This document shows positions 27,158-41,684 of a stretch of 64,000 bases of DNA, piece after piece. Made by a program: the position numbers and the translations under genes. The notes beneath the pieces were generated by a model. It was not told the DNA's origin. It made no database searches and worked only from the letters and a program-made list of their open reading frames with translations. Each line of letters begins with the position of its first letter. The first letter of the stretch is position 1. The DNA is from Camelus ferus (taxonomy: Eukaryota): positions 97,156,001 to 97,220,000 of the forward strand of contig NC_045696.1 in assembly GCF_009834535.1 (NCBI RefSeq), given 5' to 3'.

Positions 27158-28280
27158 AAGCTTTGGGGTCAGGCTAAATCCTGGTTCTGTTACTTACCAG
27201 CCATGTAACCTTGAGCAAGTCAGTTAGCATTTCTATGCTCCAGTCCTCTCAACTATAAACTGGGTTAGGAACAGTATCTATTTCATATGGTTGTTATGAG
27301 GATAAATTAGTTAATGTACATGATACAGCTATAGAGCAGCAGCGCCTTAAATATACAAGGAGCTTGAAAAACGTGATGATCAATCATTCCTTTCTTAATC
27401 CAGGAATGTCTTCAATTAGTATCTTCCCCAAATACTCAACCCAAGTGACAGTATCCCAGCAGTTTTCTTTCTATCCCAGCCTTTGGTTGATCCTTTCAGT
27501 TAAAAACAAAACACAGCTGGATTTATTACACAAGCAATATTATAGTAACAGGGATTCATAAAGGGCATGGCTAAACTTTCTGGGGGTGGGAGAGGGAAGG
27601 AGGAATTTCAGGAGTTCTCTAGATCCATCCCAGCTCGGGAACTGCTCTACCCCAGTACTGTTCTGTACTTGCAGTGTTGCTGTTTCCCACTTTCTAAAGC
27701 TCTATTTAACCATTGTAATTTGTGGCTTTCTTCAAAGCTAAGTATAGAGCAAAACACAATAATGCAAACTGGCTCCTGCTGAGCTGAAATGAGTAGTGTT
27801 CTTTCACCAAATTCTCTTGCGAGCTTTAATAACTTCTTTAATTTCTCTGCTATTTTCCAGTATTGTATACCTGATTCAGAAGTACTCATTTTATCTTTCC
27901 TAAACTGGCTTTCCTCTGCTGGGAAAATGACCAAATTATTCATGCTCCTGTCTTCCTGCCCCACCTCTATTTTTTGTTTTTTTAGCTCCCATTCTGAGTT
28001 TATAACCAATTTAGCAGTCATTGATCATGGTAAGAGGCTTTAATTGAGTCAGCACTGGAGATGGAGTACTTGTCAGAACATTTCATCAGAGGGAAACCAT
28101 TTCTAGGACCCAGGGAGAGAGAATGACCAGAACCATCCATGTGCTCTGTACTTACTTGGGAAGTTCCTCTTTTTTGTTTGATTTTAAATTTAAGATTAGC
28201 CTCTAACAGAAGGCATGAAAGTTCCCTGTCTGCATTGAGGCATGGACACTGTGTTTAGACTACAAGCTCTCAGAGCAAAA

Positions 28281-28730
28281 TTTTTTTTAATTTTATTTTT
28301 TTATTGGAGTATAGTTGATTTACAATGTTACTTTCAGGTGCACAGCAAAGAAATTCAGTTTTACATATACATACAAATATTTTCAGATTCTTTTCCATTA
28401 TAGCTTATTACAAAAAATGGAATATAATTCCCTGTGCTATACAGTAAGTCCTTGTTGTTTATCTGTTTTATATATAGTAGTGTGTATCTAATAATCCCAA
28501 ATTCCTAATTTATCCCTCCCTCAACTTTCCCCTTTGGTAACCATAGTTTGTTTTCTGTGTCCATAAGTCTATTTCTGGTTCATAAATAAAATTTATATCT
28601 TTCATCAGATTCCACATACAAGTGATATCATATGAGATTTGTTTTTTTCTCTCTGACAGATAATCTCTAGGTCCATCCATGTTGCTGCAAATGGCATTAT
28701 TTCATTCTTTTATGACTGAGTAATGTTCCA

Positions 28731-28774
<44 letters not shown>

Positions 28775-28830
28775 TATCTCATATATTCTTTATCCAGTCA
28801 TCTGTTGATGGTATCTAGGTTGTTTCCATG
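28281..28830 (-). mobile_element. 5'-truncated L1 3' end with internal (TG)n
   Basis: T-tail, reverse L1 3'UTR; imperfect TSD agagcaaaat / agagctaaat; (TG)n at 28733-28772. Confidence 0.9.
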
Positions 28831-30734
28831 GAAAGAGCTAAATATTAATGCTCAGCATCCATGGGAATCAGAAAATATGAATTAAAATCTACAAGCAGAA
28901 AGAAAGAGCCATGCTTGAAAAAGACCCTGGGTTGGTCAGTGGTCACCATATGACTACTTTTACAGGTTATGTAGAGCAATGTCTGTTTCTATGTTTGGAT
29001 TCCTACCATAAGAAAGACGTCCGGACATCCCAAAGTCTAAAATATAATATATATATATATATAATAAATATGACAAACTATACCAAAATATAATGGTGAG
29101 GAACTGAAGCTAAAGTTTAGGATGAAATGGGCAGGAGAGACCTGCCTCCTTGCTGGAATGTGAGGGGCTCTGGGGTATTTTCCAGGAGAGTCTGAGATGC
29201 CGTTCTATCCACATTCCCTCTGGACCCAGTTGCCTACAATTCCTTGAGCACTCCATGTTCTTCAGCACCTCTGTGCCTTTGTTTTCTCTGCCTGAAGCAT
29301 CTCTTCCCACAGGTGCACTCACTGCCCCACCCAGTCCCCATTCAAATAATACCAAGCCTTCTCCCAGCTAGAATGAATTCCCTCCACTCCTGCAAGCCCA
29401 TAGCTCTCTGTTCATGCCTCTCTTAGTTATCACACTCCAGTGTCCATGCTGCTTCTAAAATCAGCCCCAGAGTAACAGACTTGGGTAGAATTTATTTGGG
29501 AAGAGATCCCAGGAAACACTATGAGGGAGTAGGAAGTGAGACCAAGAAAGGAGAAAAACCAGTAAAGGGTGTTTTAATGAGCAGGTTACTACTATGAGCA
29601 ACTGGGCTCTACCCTCTTGGAGACCCCCTGAGAGTCAGAGTGGCACATGCTCAAAAGTGGTACTGAAGGGCAGGAAATGCGACCCTCATTGGATGTGAGT
29701 TGTTCTGGAGATGTGATGTCTCTGACGATTCCAATCTGCCTCCAAGGTCCTGAGCTACTCCAGGCCTAAAGAGATGCTGGAAGCCATAGCTCCTGGTGGG
29801 ACTATCTGGAATGGGGGGAGGGGACAGCTGAGGGGATATGGACTTGACTAGGACAGCTTGCTACAGTGACTGACAGTTGTGTAAGCTCTTTAAAGGCGGG
29901 GAATGAACTTCATTCATCTTTATACACCCAAAACACCCAACAAGCAGCCTTGTACCTAGTAGGTGCTTAATCGCTGTTATATTATTTATTATATTATATC
30001 GCTGTTATATCATTTATTTATCTGATGAACCAATGATACATTCAACTAATATATACTGAAATACCAAGTATGTGCCAAAGAGTAGTTATGTCTTGTCCCT
30101 GCCCTTGAGGAGCTGACAGTCTCACAGAAAAGACAGACAACAAACAAATAGTTGCAATGAGGGTGATGAGTATATTGACTGACACCATCAGTGTACTTAC
30201 CACCCATTGGAACAAAACCGATCATTTGATTCTCACAAACTAGATTTTTATCTTCCAAGAGGGGACAGTTTATTTTTCAGATAGAGGGTAGGAACAGAGA
30301 ATAACTTTAAAGCTTTTTTGGTGTGATTTCATATTCTGAGTTGATGGACTTGGACTTGGATTTGAAATAGACATAAAAAGAAATGATAAATGGAAATGTA
30401 GAAATACAACCTCCTGATTTCTTCCCATTTTGTACTTGAGAAATGATCTGTTCAAATAGCTAAGTAGATTCTTGACTCAAGAAACCAGAGGAAAAAGTGT
30501 ATTTTCTTGCCTTGCTTGCTAAATAATGCTCAGTGAATGCTAAAAAGAAGCTCAGAAAAGGAAAGAAAAAAATGTCCCCCAAAGTGGGCTGGTCTGTTCT
30601 GATTTCAATTTGAGATGAAGAGGCTGAGCAATAATATAACCAACAGAACCTTTGACCACTTTAGTTTTCTAGAACTTTAAAAACTAATGCCTTTGAGGAC
30701 CTCCTGTTTCCAGCCCAGTATGTAAGGGGCTTGG

Positions 30735-31430
30735 TATTTACCCAAATGAATTGAAAATTTAAGTCCACACCAAAACCTGCACACAGATGTTTACATCAGC
30801 TTTATTCACAGTTTCCAAAATTTAGAAGCAACCAAGATGGCTTTCAGTAGGTGAATGGATATAAAACTGCAGTACATCCAGGTGGTGTCATATTATTTGG
30901 CGCTCAAATGAAATGAGCTATCATGTCACGAAATGACATGGAGGAAACTTAAACGAATATCACTAAGTGAAGGAAGCTGATCTGAAAAACCTACATACTG
31001 TATGATTCCAACTATATGACTTTCTGGAAAAGGTAAAACTAGGGAGATAGTTAAAAAAAAAACAGCGTTTGCTAGGGGTTGTGAGGGAGGGAGAGACGAA
31101 TAGGGGGACCACAGAGGATTTTCAGGGCAGTGAAACTATTCTGGATGGTACTGCAATGATGGAATTAGGTGCATGTCATCATATATTTGACAAAACCTGT
31201 GGGATATACAACATCATGAGTGAACCCTAATGCAAACTATGGACACTAGGTGAAATCATGTGTCGGTGAAGGTTCACTGAGTGTAACGGATGTACCGTTG
31301 TGGTTTGGGATGTTGATGGTGGGGTGGTTGTGTTTTGGGGGGGGTATATGGGAACTCTCTTTACCTTCTGCTCAGTTTTGCTGTGGACCTCAAACTACTT
31401 TAAAAAGTGAATGTTATTAATTTAAAAAAT
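30735..31430 (+). mobile_element. L1MC-like 3' fragment
   Basis: ORF2-end-like 'aaaacctgcacacagatgtt...gaagcaaccaagatg' followed by 3'UTR 'tactgtatgattccaactatatgac...gtgaaccctaatgcaaactatggac'. Confidence 0.8.
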
Positions 31431-32314
31431 GATTGAATTGTTAGAAACACAAACCTGTATTCTGCCAAAGTAAAAAGAATTCCTTTTTTTGAATTGTGGT
31501 ACAACTAATTAACTTTTGGGTGACATAATTTGACATGAGAATTCATGGTGCCTTTTTACATTTATATTTAAACTAACTATAATTCAATAAAGTACTTATT
31601 ATAGATTCTACTGCCACTCACTTTGACAAGTACTATTGAGAAATATTAGTCTTAAAATACATAGTTCAGAGATGCTAGATCATCTTTATTCATGAAATTA
31701 TGTTCCCAGAAACAGTCTAGATTTCATTTACACAATTTGTGCTTCCCTGTATTTCATTCCCACATTTGTATTCTCTGCCTCCCTTCATAAGCATACTGAG
31801 GGCAAGCATAATGGGACATGATTTGCAATATACAGGTTGTTTAGAGGACAGTCCTAAATTGCTTTGGATTTTCAGCTGAGTATACATTGATGGGCAATTG
31901 TTAAACTATTTATATATTATTGTAAATATAGAGGATAACTGTTTCACCAGTCTTATCTACCAACAAAAGAAACTGTATCCACAGAGAGCTTAGGCAACTG
32001 AATGATCACCTTGGATCAGACTCTGAAAGAATAAAAGAATATAGCAAATTTGGGGGTCAGATCTTGCCTAACTTCTTCTGGGGTTCAGAGAACATTTCAT
32101 TAGAATTGAAAGCTTCTCTTGTAACTTACCCTGAATAACACACACATGTTTTTAAGTGGGGTCACCAAGACTTTTGTTTTTGTTTATCTTTTCTCTCATT
32201 ACTTTGTCTTTAATAAGCATGCATTAAGGATGTAATTAAAAACCTTTTTAAAGGGGCAGGATTTTTATTTGTTTGTTTGAAAAGCTTCTGAGTGAGCAAT
32301 TTCACTCAGCAATT

Positions 32315-32883
32315 TTTTTTTTTAATTAAAGTATAGTCAGTTTAGAATGTATCAATTTCTGGTGTACAGCATAATGTTTCAGTCATACACATACATACAT
32401 ATATTTGTTTTCATACTCTTTTTCATTGTAAGTTACTATAAGATATTGAATATAGTTCCCTGTGCTATACAGAAGAAATTTGTTTTTTATCTATTTTATA
32501 TATAGTAGTTAGTATTTGCTAATCTCTGACTCCCAATTTATCCCTTCCCATCCCTTTCTGCCTGGTAATCATAGGTTTGTTTACTATGTCTGCGAGTCTG
32601 TTTCTCTGTTTCTGTTTTGTAGATAAGTTCATTAGTGTCTTTTTTCTTTTTTCTTTTTTTAAGTTCCACATATGAGTGATATTATTTGGGGAGGCAATAT
32701 CTCGCTGGTGGAGTGTGTGCTTAGCATGTTCAAGGTCCTGGGTTCATTCCCCAGTACCTCCATTTAAAAAAAAAAAGAAGCAAGCTAATAATAAATAAAT
32801 ATATAGACCTAATTACCTCCCTCCCACAAAACAGAAAAGAAGTATTGTGAGGTATATTGACTTTGGGAAACACTGACTTAAAG
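32315..32883 (-). mobile_element. L1 3' end with nested SINE
   Basis: T-tail, reverse L1 3'UTR; exact 13-bp TSD tcactcagcaatt (32302-32314 / 32884-32896). Confidence 0.9.
32687..32840 (+). mobile_element. tRNA-derived SINE (Vic-1-like)
   Basis: 'gtgcttagcatgttcaaggtcctgggttcattccccagtacctcc' plus A-rich tail containing 'cctaattacctccc'. Confidence 0.85.
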
Positions 32884-34634
32884 TCACTCAGCAATTCTTA
32901 ACCACTTTGCCCCATGCTGCCCTTTGGTGGTCTGGGAAAGCCCAAGGACACCTTCCCAGAGTTAGATCGGGAAGAAGACATGTCTACTGATTTGAATAGA
33001 ACGTAAGCCTGGGGTCACACCCTAAACTGAGTCAGGGCAATGAATGAATGAATGAATGAATGCACAGAGGAAAGGAAACTGGCAAAGGATTTTCCTGAAG
33101 TTCATGAAAAGCTTCTGATAGAATCCCTGCTGCTTTGTTATAATAAATGCTTTTTTAGGTAGTCAAGTTCATCTTTTTCATCATATGAGCATTCCCATCA
33201 AGACATTTAAAATATGAAACATCCCCATTTTCCATTAGGCTGGTGTAATTTGCAGACCATCACAGAAGAGAGGTTAGACCCTGACAGATGACATCGCTCC
33301 AAATGCGTCCCTCCCCCTTGGGGGCGCTCAGGGCTCCAAGCTGAGCATCATCAAAGGCCCTGCCAGGGGCTTGTGTCTTAAGTCCATCACAATGACCTGG
33401 CCCTGGCATTTGGCGGGGCCCCAGGGTATCTCGGGGCAAGACAGGAATTCACAATGAGAAAATTCCTTGTGGCCTGTGCTGGAGATCCTTTCAATTAAAG
33501 CTTTTAACATTTTTCACAAGCAACCCCGAGGGATTCAGGCATGCTCACCACCAGCTGTGATGGATGGCAGGCTAACACAGCAAAAGACTCACCCAGCTTA
33601 CTTGCAAACACCATCGAACTCAGATACTCCTCCTTCTCTAGAAAGCCCCCTACCCTTCTGATGGGGACATAGGTCAAGAAGCTTTAAGAAATGTTGATTT
33701 TACTTATATGCATCAATGCTGTTTTCAGCAGAAATTATTCCTGATGCTTTTGTGTGTGTGTGTGTCAGAACAGTGTTTTTCCTGTGGTTTCTCATGGGCT
33801 GAGGCAGCAACGTGGTAGCAGGAGCAGAACAACCCTGATCAACTCCCAGCCCGGCTACTTGTTGTGTGACTCTAGGCAAATCACTTACCTTCGCAAAGCC
33901 CCCTTCCCCTATCTCTGCAATGGGGGTAAAATACCAGGCTCACAGTTTCCATTCTGATTCAGAGGAGGAACCCAGTCAGTACCTAAGGTGTAGCCGTTAT
34001 TCATGAGTCTAAGTAACTATATGGAGCTGTATGTATGGATGGTGTTACCTATACATGTACATATGTGTGTATGTCAAGTACGTATCTATCTATCCGTATC
34101 ATACACAGATACATGAGCCAACATTTAAGAGCTGGAAAATTGCATATAAAAATGGCAGATTTCCTGTTTCTTTTGAAAGTAAAATCAGAAGATTTGGCAA
34201 TACTGGGCTGTGTAGCAACTGCTTGCTGAGCCATGGCAAGTGTGCACAGTCCCCCCTGCTTCCTGGACCACCTCCCTTCTTCGGTGGCCAGCTCTTTGGT
34301 CATTTGCACCCTTTTCTATCTGTGCCCCTTCACTCCTACCCCACCCTCTACCGTAGGTCATGTGACAAGAATTCTTCAGAAAGGCAGAAGCAAACTCCAG
34401 TGTGTATAAACTGGGGATCGATATTTATTTTCAATGAGGGACCCCCTTGGTCTCTCAACTTGAGTAGTTAAAGGGATTCAGAGGAGATGAGTCAATTCTT
34501 CAAATTAAAAATTATCTTTGGCCTAACTCTGTTTGAAAAGGCCCTCTGCATTTCTCCACAGTTGCCTGGCTTAGCAGATGATGTTGCTGGAAACAGGGTT
34601 GAAGCAATGGGTCCCAGGACACAGTTCAGCTATG

Positions 34635-36855
34635 ACAGTGCTTCTCCATTGAGCAACTCCATCCCCCAACTTACGCATCCACATCCACACTCTGGTAACT
34701 TGTGAGACCTTTTGTTTTGGTTGCTGCATGATTGGAGGCTACCACTCATATTCAGTGGACGGGGCCATTATTGTAGACTCTGTCAATGTGCAGGAAAATA
34801 CGCCACAATAAAGGATTTGCTACATCCCCTGCAGCTTTTGAATGTCCTGCCAGATATTCATGTAGGTGAAAAACTTATAACTTATCTTAACCTAGAACCC
34901 AACTCCATTATACACACAAATAAAAAGTGTTCTCCAACAGTTTAAGTAAGCACCTAATTTTCTAGGAGTTTGGGTACTGCGTAAATTGAGGGAAGAGTGA
35001 ACTTTCTTTGTTCAGAAATTTACCAAGAATCGGTCTCCATTTCGGAAACTACCTGAAAGCATCACTGCTCAATATATTTGGGGTGACTTCTCAACCAGAT
35101 GAGTCAGTCTGCCTGTGTCAATGCCTTATTCAGGTGTTTTTACCTATAGCGGCAAATGTATGATTGCTTCATTAAGGATAGTGTAGGGGAAAATGCGTAC
35201 TTTAGTGGAAAACTGTGCGCTCTCTGTAGCACACCCCTCTGGGTTATCTGATTCTGATTCCATGGGAACGATTCTACAACTCTGTGAAATGCAGATAAGT
35301 GATAACAATGCAAGATAATTTTTGTGTGTAGACATCCAAGTTCTGTCCTGTCTGGCAGAGGTTTAGTTAACCTCTCTTCCCCACTGTTGAAGAAACTAGT
35401 TTTGCCTCCATGTGTACATTATTTCAACATTCCTACTTTATAAATGTATCCATTTTTTGGTTTGTCTCTTGAACAGGTTATAATATTTGCCTGCAGAAAT
35501 AAAACAAGAAGAAAACCTACGGAATGGGAGAAAATTTTTGCAAGTGAAACCGACAAAGGCTTGATCTCCAGAATATATAAGCAGCTCATACGACTCAATA
35601 AGAAAAAAATAAACAACCCAATCCAAAAATGGGCAGAAGACCTAAACAAGCAATTCTCCAAGGAAGACATACAATGATCAAAAAGCACATGAAAAAATGC
35701 TCAATATCACTAATTATCAGAGAAATGCAAATCAAAACTACAATGAGGTATCACCTCACACCAGTCAGAATGGCCGTCACTCAAAAATCCACAAATGACA
35801 AATGCTGGAGAGGCTGTGGAGAAAGGGGAACCCTCCTACACTGCTGGTGGGAATGCAGTTTGGTGCAGCCACTATGGAAAACAGTGTGGAGATTCCTCAA
35901 AAGACTAGGAATAGACTTACCATATGACCCAGGAATCCCACTCCTGGGCTTGTATCCAGAAGGAAATCTACTTCAGGATGACACCTGCACCCCAATGTTC
36001 ATAGCAGCACTATATACAATAGCCAAAACATGGAAACATCCTAAATGTCCATCAACAGGTGACTGGATAAAGAAGTGGTGGTATATTTATACAATGGAAT
36101 ACTACTCAGCCATAAAAACCGACAACATAATGCCATTTGCAGCAACATGGATGCTCCTGGAGAATGTCATTCTAAGTGAAGTAAGCCAGAAAGAGAAAGA
36201 AAAATACCATATGAGATCGCTCATATGTGGAATCTAAAAAACAAAAACAAAAACAAACAAACAAACAAAAACAAAGCGTAAATAAAGGACAGAAATAGAC
36301 TCACAGACAGAGAATACAGACTTGTGGTTACCAGGGGGGTGGAGGGTGGGAAGGGATAGACTGGGATTTCAAAATTGTAGAATAGACTACACTGTATAGC
36401 ACAGGGAAATATACACAAAATGTTATGATAACTCACAGAGAAAAAAATGTGACAATGAGTGTGTATATGTCCATGAATAACTGAAAAATTGTGCTGAACA
36501 CTGGAATTTGACACAACATTGTAAAATGATTATAAATCAATAAAAAATGGTAAAAAAAATTTGCCTGGTTCCTCATGATAACTTAATTACCATAGGTACA
36601 TTTTATATCTGTTTGAGAGTCATGATTCTATTTGTTTGTTTGGTTTTTTAATTATCTTTTAAACAGTTGTCTGAGTATTTGCAAATTGAGATACATCTCT
36701 TATTGAAAATTACTTTCCTTTTATTTCTCCTTTTAAAACAGGATGTTATATTTTTAATGTATAATATATAAATTTCGTTTCAGGATAGGAAAAAGGTCAT
36801 TCAAACATTTGTTCTGAAAGGGAACATTGGGTCTGAAAGGGCTGCAATCACAGAT
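34635..36855. mobile_element. Old hAT-Charlie-like element interrupted by a young L1
   Basis: 'cagtgcttctcca' left end and 'gggtctgaaagggctgcaatcacag' right end resemble Charlie termini; family uncertain. Confidence 0.45.
35494..36558 (+). mobile_element. Young 5'-truncated L1 (ORF2 C-terminus + 3'UTR + tail)
   Basis: Peptides '[27 protein letters not shown]' and '[11 protein letters not shown]...[18 protein letters not shown]...[10 protein letters not shown]' are L1 ORF2p cysteine-rich C-terminus; one frameshift near 35672; AATAAA ~36539; TSD atttgcctg (35485-35493 / 36559-36567). Confidence 0.97.
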
Positions 36856-39800
36856 TCCATCAGAAATCCTCTGAACAAGCCCACATATTGTAACTGGTCA
36901 GCTGGGTCATTATTTTTCCCAGTCAGACAGAAAGTTCTAGAGCTCCAAGCTATTTAAAGCAACCACTAAGCTTTGAATTGTTTTGGGAACCACTCCCCTT
37001 TCCCCTAATTCCAGCTTGGTTTAGATAGAATAGTTATAAAGTAGTCATTTATGGGTACCACTGATGCAAGTCCCTTTTTTCAATACTTTCACCCAAATCA
37101 TTAGAAGCCAAGCGTATTCCAGACAAACTGTATTGTCTGACTATCTTTGGTAATGTCAAAAAATATAAAATGAAGTAGCTTTCACTTATTCCCCTTTCCT
37201 TGATTCATATTTTTTCATCCCAAGACGAGAACACCCCACGAGCATTCACTTCCCACATCACCTCCAGGGAATCTTCATCCTGACTTGCAGCCCTGTACCT
37301 GCAGTAATCTTGGGCCCAATTATTGAGATACAATCATCTGACATCATATTTTAGAATCTGAAAGAGTGGGATATGGGGCTGAAATTTTCTTAAGCTCAGG
37401 AGGAAACAGTGAAGTGGCTCACCCTCCTTGATGCCATAAATTTCACCCCTAGTTTCCGGCTGAGAATGTCTTCAGCTGCCAATGATGAATGAAAGAGAAA
37501 AAAGATCCACTCCTGTTTGTTTACTACTAAGACAGCCTTATTTCAAGATATCACTTTTCTTTTTATTAAATAAATATTTATCCTCAAAAAAGTACAGGAG
37601 AGCTTGGCAAGTAAAAATAGACTTTAGAAGATTTATAAGCCTGGCTTATATGTTGCTTTATTTAGAGGATAATTCTCACATATTTTTTCTTCCACCTACT
37701 AAAAGGAACATGCATAATAAATGAAACTAAGCTTGGCAGGAAATCCATCAATAAAGTTAATTTAAAGTGTAGGCAGGATAGCAAATCTCCGTATGGATAT
37801 AAAGGGGGTGGTTCTTGTTCCAAAAAGCAATTGACGTCCAGACATATGAATATGCCTCTCTGAAGAACAACCAGATAAAAGGAAATCCCAGCAACTTAAA
37901 CATCCACAGCCACATCCTGATGATATGTTTTCTGAGAATTCATTTTTAGGATCACTTACAATATAGGAGCAAGTCTTAGGAGTGAGGATTATATTATGGG
38001 CCTGTGCTAGGAAGCAACACTCAAGACCTGGGCTGCCTGGGTTCAGACTCTGGCACCATCACGCACAAGCTCTATGACTTTGGGTGAGATACAAAGATTT
38101 CCTGAGCCTCAGTTTCATCATCTGCAAAATAATGATGGCACACAGGGCAGTATAATGTCACATATCATGTATATAGTTGAAATTACGATATTGGAACACA
38201 CAAAAAATTCTTAGCATCATGCTGGGCATTATTATAATTATAAAATAGTTAAGACAATTTTTAATACCATAATTGGTGAGCGGGGTTAGTGCAGAAATAT
38301 GAGAGTATAATTTTAGAAACTTTTTAAAAAGAGCAGCCCCTCCAAAGAGGAGACAAAGACATAAGATAAGGCCTCAGAAAATGGTAGAAATATTTGTCTT
38401 TCAGCATGAACAAACTCGGTTCTCCCCAGAGCTTTGTTATTTTCTTGGCCTAAGTCCGATATGGTATTGAAAGGCACATGGTCATCTATCTCCTTGCCTT
38501 ATTTCCAAAGATGTGATCATTTCTAAAAAACTGGAAGCCTCAAGTCACTGAATAATAACAACTGGCACGTACTGAACCTGCACCATGGAGCTGAACTAAA
38601 TGCTTTACATGCACTGTGTCACCTAATTCTCACAACAACCCTGCGAACTCGTCCTGCATTTTACAGATGAGCAATCAAAGATGTAGGAAGTGATGTCATT
38701 TCCCCCAGGTTATATGGCTGATAAAGTGGCAAAGCTCAGGCGGGGTCTGTCTGACCAGCCGTTATGCCCAACAGGACGTCTCCCTGGCTCGGGCTTTGTG
38801 ACAGCGGAGGGAAAGGAGGTTTACCATGAAATGGAGAGTGACTCACACGTGATTCTCAAGTTCCTCCCCATGGTTTAGAAATCACATTGGTGGGTGACTG
38901 AAATGATCTGAAAATGAAAGAAAGTAAACCGCCAGGTCATAGCCTTAGAAAACTAAAGGTCAGTGAATGAAGGCTGGACACAGAGTCCACAAGAATTCAG
39001 GAGATTTGCTTCCAGAGCTGAGTGTCAATATCATCCCCAAAGCCAGGCTGAGGAATCGCTCAGAGATTTTAGAGCGAAGCACTCCAAGTGTGCTATAACA
39101 TTAGTATTATTGGGCCCTTTCTGAAATTACTAGTTATACACAATTGAATAAATGCTCCTAAATGCAATTAAGAATGTATTATATGTTAACTTCATGGATG
39201 AGCGAAGAAAAATACTCATTGTCTTGTCTCCCTGAGAGATACTACACATACTTAGAGGCTTGGTCTTGCCACAGTTGCAGAGGACAAGCAAGGAGGGGAG
39301 AACCAGAGCTCCCCAGCACAGCTGGGGGTGCCTCTTCAGCCGCCCCAACACCTGCACACAGATCTTGTCACCCTGGCTCCCTTCCCCAATTTGGAAGCCT
39401 TCCCTGAGAAAGCCGAGTGTGGTGAGGTTGGGAAACATGGCTTCCTGCCTGGTCCCAAATGGACCCCCCAAAGCAGGTGGCCTTCAGGGACTTCCAAGGA
39501 AAGTCTCAACAGGAGCATGTGGCCCCAGAAGAAGGAAGCCTCAGAAAGGGCATGGCTGGGAATCCTAGCCTCCTGGTAGAGACCCTCAAACCAACCCTCA
39601 CCCTCTTCCCAGGTGAGTGGGATAAGCCCACCGGCTGATTTCACTATGGTGAGGTGCTTCCAGAGGGGACTGCTGTCTGCAGAGAAGTCTTCCCTTTTGT
39701 TTGACAGCTAGTCGTGCCAGGTCCTGCGCTGCTGGGAAGTCCTCACCCTTGGTAGAGTTGTTCAGAGGGGCTCCTGCCACCTCCTCACCTAACAGAGGTC

Positions 39801-40376
39801 CCTGGCTCACCAGTGTCACCATCACTGGGAGCTTGTTAGCTATGCAGAATCCCAGCCCTGCTCAAAGCCTACTGAAACAGACTGCACTTTAACTGGACCC
39901 CCCCTCCCCCCGCGATTTGGATGTGTCTTAGTTTGAGAAGCACTAAAAAGTTCAACAGATCCAAGATCAAATCAAACTTGTCACCATTTATAGGCAAGTT
40001 ACTCCCCTTTTCTGAGCCTGAATTGCTGCATCTGTAAAACGGAAATAAGAATAAGTCCCACCTCATGGGCAAGGAGGCAGTGTGATCCTGTGTGTGAACC
40101 ATACCAAGCACAGAGCAAGTGCTCAGAAAATAACGTCTGAGAGTCACGTGCCACCCCCTAAACGCAGATAGCCACATTTGTGTACTAAAGGGCGTCCTAG
40201 CCTGCCTGGCATCTTCTTTTCTCAGCCTATATTCACAAAAGGCTGATTCGTAATATTTTACCTGGGGGTGAGAGCAAGAGGTAACTGTGGCACATCTCAA
40301 GGGCCTCCGATGGGGTTCACTTATCCTCTTGCTAGAAGAGAAGACAACGATGTCCAGCCTTCCATGAGTCGGCGAC

Positions 40377-40914
40377 TGTGGGAGCCAGCCTCCAAGATGG
40401 CCCTAATTATCCCCGCCTCCCAGTCTTCGTGCACCTGTAGGGGCCCCTCACACTTGAAAAGGGCTGGCTGTATAACTCATGAGACCTTGTAGAAATAACA
40501 AAGTACAGCTGCCAAAGGTAGGTCAAATAAGACACTGCAGCTTCTGCTTTGCTTTCTCCTGGATCACACATTCTGGGGAAAGCCAGCTGCCATGTCAGGA
40601 AGACACTCAAGCAGCCCTAAGGGGAGATCTTCGGGGCGAGGAACTGAGGCTTCCGACCTAAGGCTTTGTGAGTAACTCATCTTGGGAGTGAATCTTCCAG
40701 CCCTAGGCAAGCTTCAGAGGACTTCAAAGGACAGCCCTGCAGCCCCCGGGAAGCATTTTAACTACAGTCTCAGGAGAGATTCTGAGCCAGAATCACTCAG
40801 ATAAGCCACTCCTGAATTCTTGACCAGCAGAAACTATGTTAAGATAATATTTATTGTCGTTTTAAGTCACAGTGCTTGGAGTAATTTGTTACCCAACAAG
40901 AGATAACTAATACA
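40377..40914 (+). mobile_element. MLT1E/F-like MaLR LTR
   Basis: 'tgtgggagccagcctccaagatggccc'...'ggggaaagccagctgccatg'...'gtaatttgttacccaacaagagataactaataca'. Confidence 0.85.
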
Positions 40915-41684
40915 TTCACTGTAGTCAGTTATCTATGTAGCTCTGTCTCTATCTGTCATCTGTCTGTCTGTCTGTATATCTTTCTGTGTGTACAGTCTTT
41001 CCCAATAAAATTCTCATATCTAAGATCAATTGAAAGGAATTAAAAAGCAGAGAATAAAACTCTCTCATTTGAGAAAGCATTCCAATAGTTCCAGACAAGC
41101 ATGAAGCATGCAGATCTAAGATAAGAAATGTTAGCTGGGGGAACATTTCCTCCCCTTCTGCCCTTGGGTTTCCATAGAAGGAATGGATGAACCACCCTAT
41201 TTCCCAGGAGAAGAGAAAAAAAAAAAAAAAAGTTTGTGAGTTTCTCTTCCAGGAGCTTTTTTTTGTCCCTCACTCTCTCCTCCTTCGGCTTAACAGACTT
41301 ACCAGAAACAGTACATTTAGGAGAAGGAATTGAACATACTCAGCCCAGTGCTCCCGGCTACTGCGGGAGGCTCACCCAGCAACCGCACCCGTGAACTTAG
41401 AGAAGCGGGTCCCTGTGGGGATGGCCTGCGGTGGCGGTGCAGCCCGTCCGGGGAAACCGTGCAGAGTCTTAAATAAGGTGGGGTGTCAGGATCCATGAGC
41501 GACACACTTAAGCTATGTCCTCCAAGCCAACTTTCTAAGTAGCAAAATATCACTTTGATCTCCAACGTGTGTGACTTCGCATCTACCTCTCAGTTGGTTT
41601 GGAAGAGGAAGGAAGGGGTGTTATAAGCCCCCTAAACCTCAGTAAGAAGCATACATTCAACATAGGGATGTTATTCTACATGAC

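Noticed and set aside
27647..28021. 124-aa minus-strand ORF with ATG start
   Set aside because: No family resemblance and no partner exons; cannot be supported without conservation or RNA data.
35629..36237. 202-aa ORF, the longest in the window
   Set aside because: It is the C-terminus of L1 ORF2p in a 5'-truncated, frameshifted copy, not a host gene.
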